Assembly: GCA_030141605.1 (NCBI GenBank)
Contig: JAQGDQ010002106.1
Span: forward strand, 1-14,827
DNA length: 14,827 nucleotides
Direction of reading: 5' to 3'
Source of the DNA: Tubiluchus corallicola
Taxonomy: Eukaryota; Animalia; Priapulida
Made by a program: the position numbers and the translations under genes
Shown here: positions 9,687-14,827 of the stretch, one piece after another
Layout: every line of letters begins with the position of its first letter
How positions within the stretch are numbered: position 1 is the stretch's first letter
The notes under the pieces: model-generated
Database searches by the model: none
Told to the model about the DNA's origin: nothing
What the model saw: the letters and a program-made list of their open reading frames with translations, nothing else

Positions 9687-9823
9687 TCACAAACACACCA
9701 CACACACACACGCACACACTCACTCACACACACACACTCACTCACACACACACACACACCACACACACACACAAACAAACAAACAAACACACACACACAC
9801 ACACATATACACATATATATGTA
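9486..9823. repeat. Imperfect (CA)n microsatellite with CTCA, CAAA and TA variants
   Basis: About 320 nt of CA repeats. Confidence 0.99.
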
Positions 9824-10210
9824 TAACACTGGTAAAATTATCCTGGTTTTATCGTAAATTGTAACAAGAGTACTTATTCTTTCATATTTCTACGTAAAGC
9901 GGGCATGTAGAAAAGCTTGTCATTTTTAATACTTCCCTAATAGTGTAATCTAAATAATCCCAGTGATTTAATTCTGTTATTATGAACCTTAATTATTATA
10001 AATATTTGTTAAAATGTTTTATAAGCAAGTTTATGGTACTTGTATTAAGGCATAAATTATAATTGACCGTGTTGTATATATATATATATACTCTTATATC
10101 ATGATTGTGTGTAGAATTATCAGCCTGCAAACAGAGGCCTTGCATGTGTATGTTGTGCAAATAAAGATTTGCCATCATCAACAAAATTAATACCCAATGT
10201 TGTTGAACTA

Positions 10211-10896
10211 CAGTCAACCTCGGATATATGGGACACCTCGGGACTGGAAAAAATCGTCCCTTATATCCGATGTTCCTTATAGCCGAAGTTGAGTCAGACC
10301 GAGGGTGTATCCAAAACTCTATTTTTCTGTACTTTTACCCATATTTTTATGGATTATTGCTACACATTCAGTGCAAACGGTATGTAGGAAGCTCCTTCAG
10401 TGATGTGAGATGTATGTGACTGCGGAAACCGAGCTGTTCGAAGGCCGAGTTTGTGCAAAATTGAGGTTAAAAATCGATCAATTTCGCTTTGATCATAGGG
10501 ACCCTTATATCCGAGGTAATTTACCTGGGTTGTTACATGCGGGGCCTGAAGATATCGTCCCTTATAACCGAAAGTCAGTTATATCCGAGTACCTTATATA
10601 CGAAGATTTTTACATAAGAAAAACGTTACGAAAAATCGAGACCGGTGATGGTCGCCCCTTATAAGCGAGTATCTCTTATAAGCGAGTGTCCCTTATAAGC
10701 GAGTATCTCTTATAAGCGAGTATCTCTTATAAGCGAGTATCCGTTATAAGCGAGTGTCCCTTATAAGCGAGTATCTCTTATAAGCGAGTATCTCTTATAA
10801 GCGAGTATCTCTTATAAGCGAGTATCTCTTATGAGCGAGTATCTCTTATAAGCGAGTATCTCTTATGAGCGAGTACCTTATACCCGAGGTTGACAG
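10211..10896. mobile_element. pogo/Tigger-like (Tc1/mariner superfamily) MITE, 686 bp
   Basis: TA|CAGTCAACCTCGGATATATGGGACAC at the left and GAGTACCTTATACCCGAGGTTGACAG|TT at the right, giving a 21/26 TIR match. The right TA duplication is mutated. The motif CTTATAnCCGA recurs near 10260, 10276, 10503, 10561, 10579 and 10594. No transposase ORF. Confidence 0.85.
10658..10876. repeat. 17-bp minisatellite, 13 copies, inside the MITE
   Basis: Unit CTTATAAGCGAGTATCT with GTGTCC and TATGAG variants, running directly into the right TIR. Confidence 0.97.
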
Positions 10897-11036
10897 TTTG
10901 TAAGAGGATGGCATTTGGTCTCATGGTGCTGTGTAAAGAGAAAGACCTGTCTGTTTAGCACCACAGCGGTATGGTGCTCGCGTAAAACGCAGTAAGAAAC
11001 ACGGTGCAAAAAGCACCAAATTTGCGCAGAGCTTAC

Positions 11037-11085
11037 CCAGAGTCGTGGCGGTCAAGGTCACTTTCAAATTTCAACATGAAGAGAG
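11037..11085 (-). CDS. Candidate small alternative exon, (T)LFMLKFESDLDRHDS(G), or an alternative first exon starting at its ATG
   Basis: Strong donor TGG|GTAAGC and a weak acceptor tttatAG. One frame is open. It starts in phase 1 but ends in phase 2, so it cannot join 9247-9347 in frame. Confidence 0.25.
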
Positions 11086-11323
11086 CTATAAACTGTAACA
11101 CCTTACTGCAAAGCCAAGCGTGCAAAAAAAACTAATTGTTGCAAATTAATTGAGTATTTAGTGAACGCTGGACAGATCGAAGATTATGCCACTCAACTCC
11201 AGGAGTGTCCTGATTATTGGTAAAGCCAGGACGATTGAGATATTGAGACAATGAAGGGAGGTCCAGCCTTGTGTCTTTTTAAAGGAGAAAGAGGTTTAGA
11301 ACCCGTTTACAAGTTCTCTCGAG

Positions 11324-11365
11324 CTTTTTTCTCTTTTCCTCTCTCTCTTCCTCTCCCTCTCTTGC

Positions 11366-11432
<67 letters not shown>

Positions 11433-11512
11433 CCTCTATTTCTCTCCCTCTCTCTCACTCTCTCTCTCCCTCCCTCTATTTCTCTCCCTCTCTCTCTCTC
11501 TCTTCCTCTCCC

Positions 11513-11551
<39 letters not shown>

Positions 11552-11656
11552 TTCTCTCTCACCTCTCTCACTTCCTTTCTCTGTGTGTGTGTGGCTCTCC
11601 CTTTCTCTCTCTCTCCCTCTTTCTCTCTCTCTTCCTTTCTCTCTGTCTGTTTCTTC

Positions 11657-11742
<86 letters not shown>

Positions 11743-11901
11743 CCCCTGACCAGCCTTGTGCCACTTTAAAGAAGATGCCACCTGTTTAGAAGTTCTCGCT
11801 CTCTTCTCTCCCCCCCCCCCCTCTCTCTCTCTCTCCTGGTCTTCTCTCCGTCTTTTTCGCTCACCCTCCACCAGCTCTGCCCTCTCCTACTCTCCTCTCC
11901 T
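11324..11901. repeat. CT-rich polypyrimidine tracts (11324-11746 and 11793-11901)
   Basis: Long (CT)n runs interrupted by a ~47-nt segment that is not CT-rich. Confidence 0.98.
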
Positions 11902-12937
11902 GTGGGAGTTTGAAAACTCGAATTTATATAAACTGATTGCTAGCAAAACTACAAGTAGACAGCGAGAGTTGATGCCTTATAATTTATTAAAGACAAAAAG
12001 ATCTATTAAGTGTCAGAACGGTGAGACAAAGCGTGAGGAAATCTGTCACTGTCCAAGGTGATAAATCATCACCCCGTGCAAATGCGTACACGTCGAGCAA
12101 TTCAATCAAATCCACCAGCGTAGATTAAAAACATGGCGAACAGGATAGGGGGCGCTAGTTTTCCAGGTGGCACACGATGAAAAATTAAAAACACGCAAAT
12201 GCGGCTCGAACGGTCGTAAAACTTTTATATAGGCTATTAAAGTCTGATTCTATTTAATTTCCGTTTGTAGTTTTTGAATTCAGTCAGGTGAAACGTAATG
12301 TGAGTGTAACGGATAGATTAATGAACTAGATTTAAACTTTGATAGAGTTCAAAGCATACATATATATATATGCCCACATATAGGCCCTACATACATACAT
12401 CTGCCCATACTTGCACACATGCATACAAACACATTACGTATGTATGCAACTTTTTAAATATAGAATAAATAGTTGTATATGTGACATTATTTACATATGC
12501 AACATCATTACGTAACGATTGAGTACGACACGTAATACGCTTGTCAACTTTAGCATATTACATTTGACGTTTAGATTGGAGAATGTAATTTTAATTTTGC
12601 TCCATTAGTGAAAAATTTAAGCTCCTACTTTGTGGATCTAACGATATAACTCTTCTACTTATCTCGTTACGTTTGAAAGATATATGTATATTATATACTT
12701 ATTACATATTATTTTATGCATATTATACAGAGGAATCTGTTCAAATGTGTTTCTACTGAACCCCTAATACGACTCCACAACATTTGCAATAAATTTGGTT
12801 AATGTGCCTCTAATACCAGGACAACTTATGCAAGTTCAATTGTAATCATACCAGTAAGGAAATGTTACTTTACGAACTGACAAAAAAATTTGACTCACTG
12901 ACGACAAAACAAGTGCAAAAATGAAAGGTCGACATAC

Positions 12938-13117
12938 TCTTTGAACTTGCGTATTTATACCCACCAGGTGTCAGCAGCGGTTTCTTAAATTTCCCACCTC
13001 CTGCTTTCATGTCTTGATTAGTTTCGTCTTTGTCTGGTTCACTCACACGTCGTTCCGGAGTCGAAGTGTCGCTAGGTACTTCTGGTTCAGGAGATTTTTC
13101 CGGAGCTTTCTTCTTTC
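12938..13117 (-). CDS. Internal coding exon, 180 nt, phase 1 to 1; (G)KKKAPEKSPEPEVPSDTSTPERRVSEPDKDETNQDMKAGGGKFKKPLLTPGGYKYASSK
   Basis: Acceptor tttacacgCAG|GA and donor AAGA|GTATGT. The upstream G plus GA gives Gly in frame, and the composition matches the previous exon. A weaker alternative donor GG|GTATAA would end the exon at 12961. Confidence 0.85.
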
Positions 13118-13639
13118 CTGCGTGTAAATTTCAAACATTGATGTGATTGATTTGAAGCAGATAGCAGGTAAAAACACGTTCTGCATATTTAGATCTCAAA
13201 AATGACAAGTCTTATTAAGCAGGGTACGAGAGAAATAACTGAGTGGCCTTCCTGCACTTCACTACAAAAGTTAAGCAGCGCCAAGATAAAATTTTTAAAT
13301 GAAGGGGTGATAAGGAGAAAATTGCTTCTAGGCAGTTTTAACTGCTATACTGCTCCAGTTATTTCTTCAGTTATGCACCTACAAACCTGGCCAAGACACC
13401 TTTGCTAGTTCGGTGCCTCATCTTAGACGATTATCCTTCAGCATAAGCCAACCTCATGTACGAATATAACTACAATTACAACTACAACTACGTAACAATA
13501 GTGATATGACCCAGCTAGGTTTTGAGTGCTACACTTGTTTGTAGGGTGTCAAACTGTATAAATAACTAAAATCATATACGTCAGTCGATACCAGAATAAT
13601 TTTCAAGTCCAATGAGTTGCTTTTAATTAAAATCGAATT

Positions 13640-13847
13640 AAAAACGGGGAAAATATAAAAAATTGTGATTTGCATACTGGAAATATATTAAAAAATTTCT
13701 AAATCAATGTCCTTCTACTACACACAATCATCAAGGACTAAGAATACACAAAATGTAAGAACATCCACACTACTCTGTTACACCCATACCACCAGGCAGT
13801 ATAGAATTACAATTTGGTGCAAATAAATTACACCATAAGCAATCTAC
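13640..13847 (+). repeat. Intronic direct duplication, copy 1 (partner 14229-14437)
   Basis: About 208 nt with only about 5 differences between copies (AAAACGGGGAAAATATAAAAAATTGTG...ATAAGCArTCTAC). Confidence 0.97.
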
Positions 13848-14056
13848 AAGATTTGATTTTGTTATCGTAAAAAACACAACAGCACGAGGGAGGTCTTTTG
13901 AAAGCACTCGTGACGCAGCGAATCCTTTTAGGAGTATTAAAGTCTAAAAAAAACTGAGGAATTCAATTTGTGAATAAAACACAAGAAGTGAATGCAGTTC
14001 AAGTGCCCGATGGCTTGTCTGGTGGAATTAATTATAAATATATATATATATATAAC

Positions 14057-14171
14057 CTGGTGGTGCAGCTTCATCCAACCCAACAGTCTTTTTCCCCATA
14101 GTTTCATCGACTGGTTCTGGTTCAGGTTCCGCCTCACCAGCTTTGGGAGTCTTTTTCTTCTTTTTCACTTT
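14057..14171 (-). CDS. Internal coding exon, 115 nt, phase 0 to 1; KVKKKKKTPKAGEAEPEPEPVDETMGKKTVGLDEAAPP(G)
   Basis: Acceptor tttttattggtattgCAG|AAA and donor CCAG|GTtata. The frame is open, GC is higher than in the flanks, and phases match both neighbouring exons. 24 of 38 residues are P, E, V or K. Confidence 0.85.
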
Positions 14172-14228
14172 CTGCAATACCAATAAAAATAGAAAGTGGT
14201 TTCGTTTAAGACTGCTTCATAATTTATC

Positions 14229-14437
14229 AAAAACGGGGAAAATATAAAAAATTGTGATTTGCATACTGGAAATATATTTAAAAAATTTCTAAATCAATGT
14301 CCTTCTACTACACACAATCATCAAGGACTAAGAATACACAAAATGTAAGAACATCCACACTACTCTGTTATACCCATACCACCAGGCAGTATAGAATTAC
14401 AATTTGGTGCAAATAAATTACAAAATAAGCAGTCTAC
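14229..14437 (+). repeat. Intronic direct duplication, copy 2
   Basis: Matches 13640-13847 at an offset of 589-590. Confidence 0.97.
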
Positions 14438-14787
14438 CTTTTAAAGCTGTTACAAAGGTAACGTTTTAAAGCACTGCTTTATTCTGTTCTCATACACCAT
14501 TAGCATTTTCTCGCAATGAAGACAGCCGAAATTAAGTCAAGTCAAATGCTTGATTTTTAGAATTTACAGAATCACAGGAGCTGCTAATCATTTTAGCTGT
14601 ATATTACTTACATGGTACATTATACATGTGAAATCTATTGTCCGAATCTCTAGATCAGGGCTCAGGAAAAGGTCTTCCAGGGATTCTTAATATCGTAGAT
14701 TTTTACAAATTGTATGAATGACAAATCATTACTTAATTACACAGATTATTTTAGCTAATCCATTAGCATGTTCTTTAGAGTTCCCAC

Positions 14788-14827
14788 CTTGACAACCTTC
14801 TTTTTTGTAATTTCTCCTGGAACTGCT
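14788..14827 (-). CDS. Coding exon (partial, continues beyond the window) of a Lys/Glu/Pro/Val-rich protein; ...AVPGEITKKKVVK
   Basis: The reverse complement reads a gca gtt cca gga gaa att aca aaa aag aag gtt gtc aag|GTGGGA. The frame is open, and the phase-0 donor matches the phase-0 start of exon 14057-14171, giving KKKVVKKVKKKKK. Confidence 0.75.

Noticed and set aside
10228-10664. Two short ORFs inside the MITE as possible transposase
   Set aside because: They are too short and show no HTH or DDE/D features. They run through the repeated DNA motifs.
11279-12061. Arg/Glu-rich and Ser/Leu-rich ORFs
   Set aside because: They are translations of the CT microsatellite.
12641-12669. Small hairpin TAACGATATAA...TTATCTCGTTA
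   Set aside because: An 11-bp AT-rich stem with one mismatch and no supporting context is compatible with chance.

Overview
AT-rich eukaryotic (metazoan-looking) genomic DNA, mostly intronic and rich in repeats. The only convincing coding sequence is a spliced minus-strand gene entering from the right edge. Its exons at 14788-14827, 14057-14171 and 12938-13117, and probably 9247-9347, join with matching phases into a Lys/Glu/Pro/Val-rich protein that I do not recognise. None of these exons appears in the supplied ORF track, whose long ORFs are microsatellite artefacts. A CpG-rich, motif-dense promoter (NRF1 palindrome, two E-boxes, NF-kB-like site, GC box, CCAAT) lies at about 7000-7460, next to a probable non-coding minus-strand first exon ending at 6581. 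Mobile and repeat content: three pieces of a TTAA-ended Kolobok-like element, a ~345-bp inverted repeat (1-345 / 1101-1460), a decayed CR1/L2-type LINE 3' end, a pogo/Tigger-like MITE with an internal 17-bp array, 77-bp and 28-bp tandem repeats, local duplications, and long (TATG)n, GA, (CA)n and CT tracts. I found no CRISPR array, no RNA gene and no prokaryote-type system. I cannot support a claim of a wholly new biological system. The best leads are the transposon architectures and the internal promoter.
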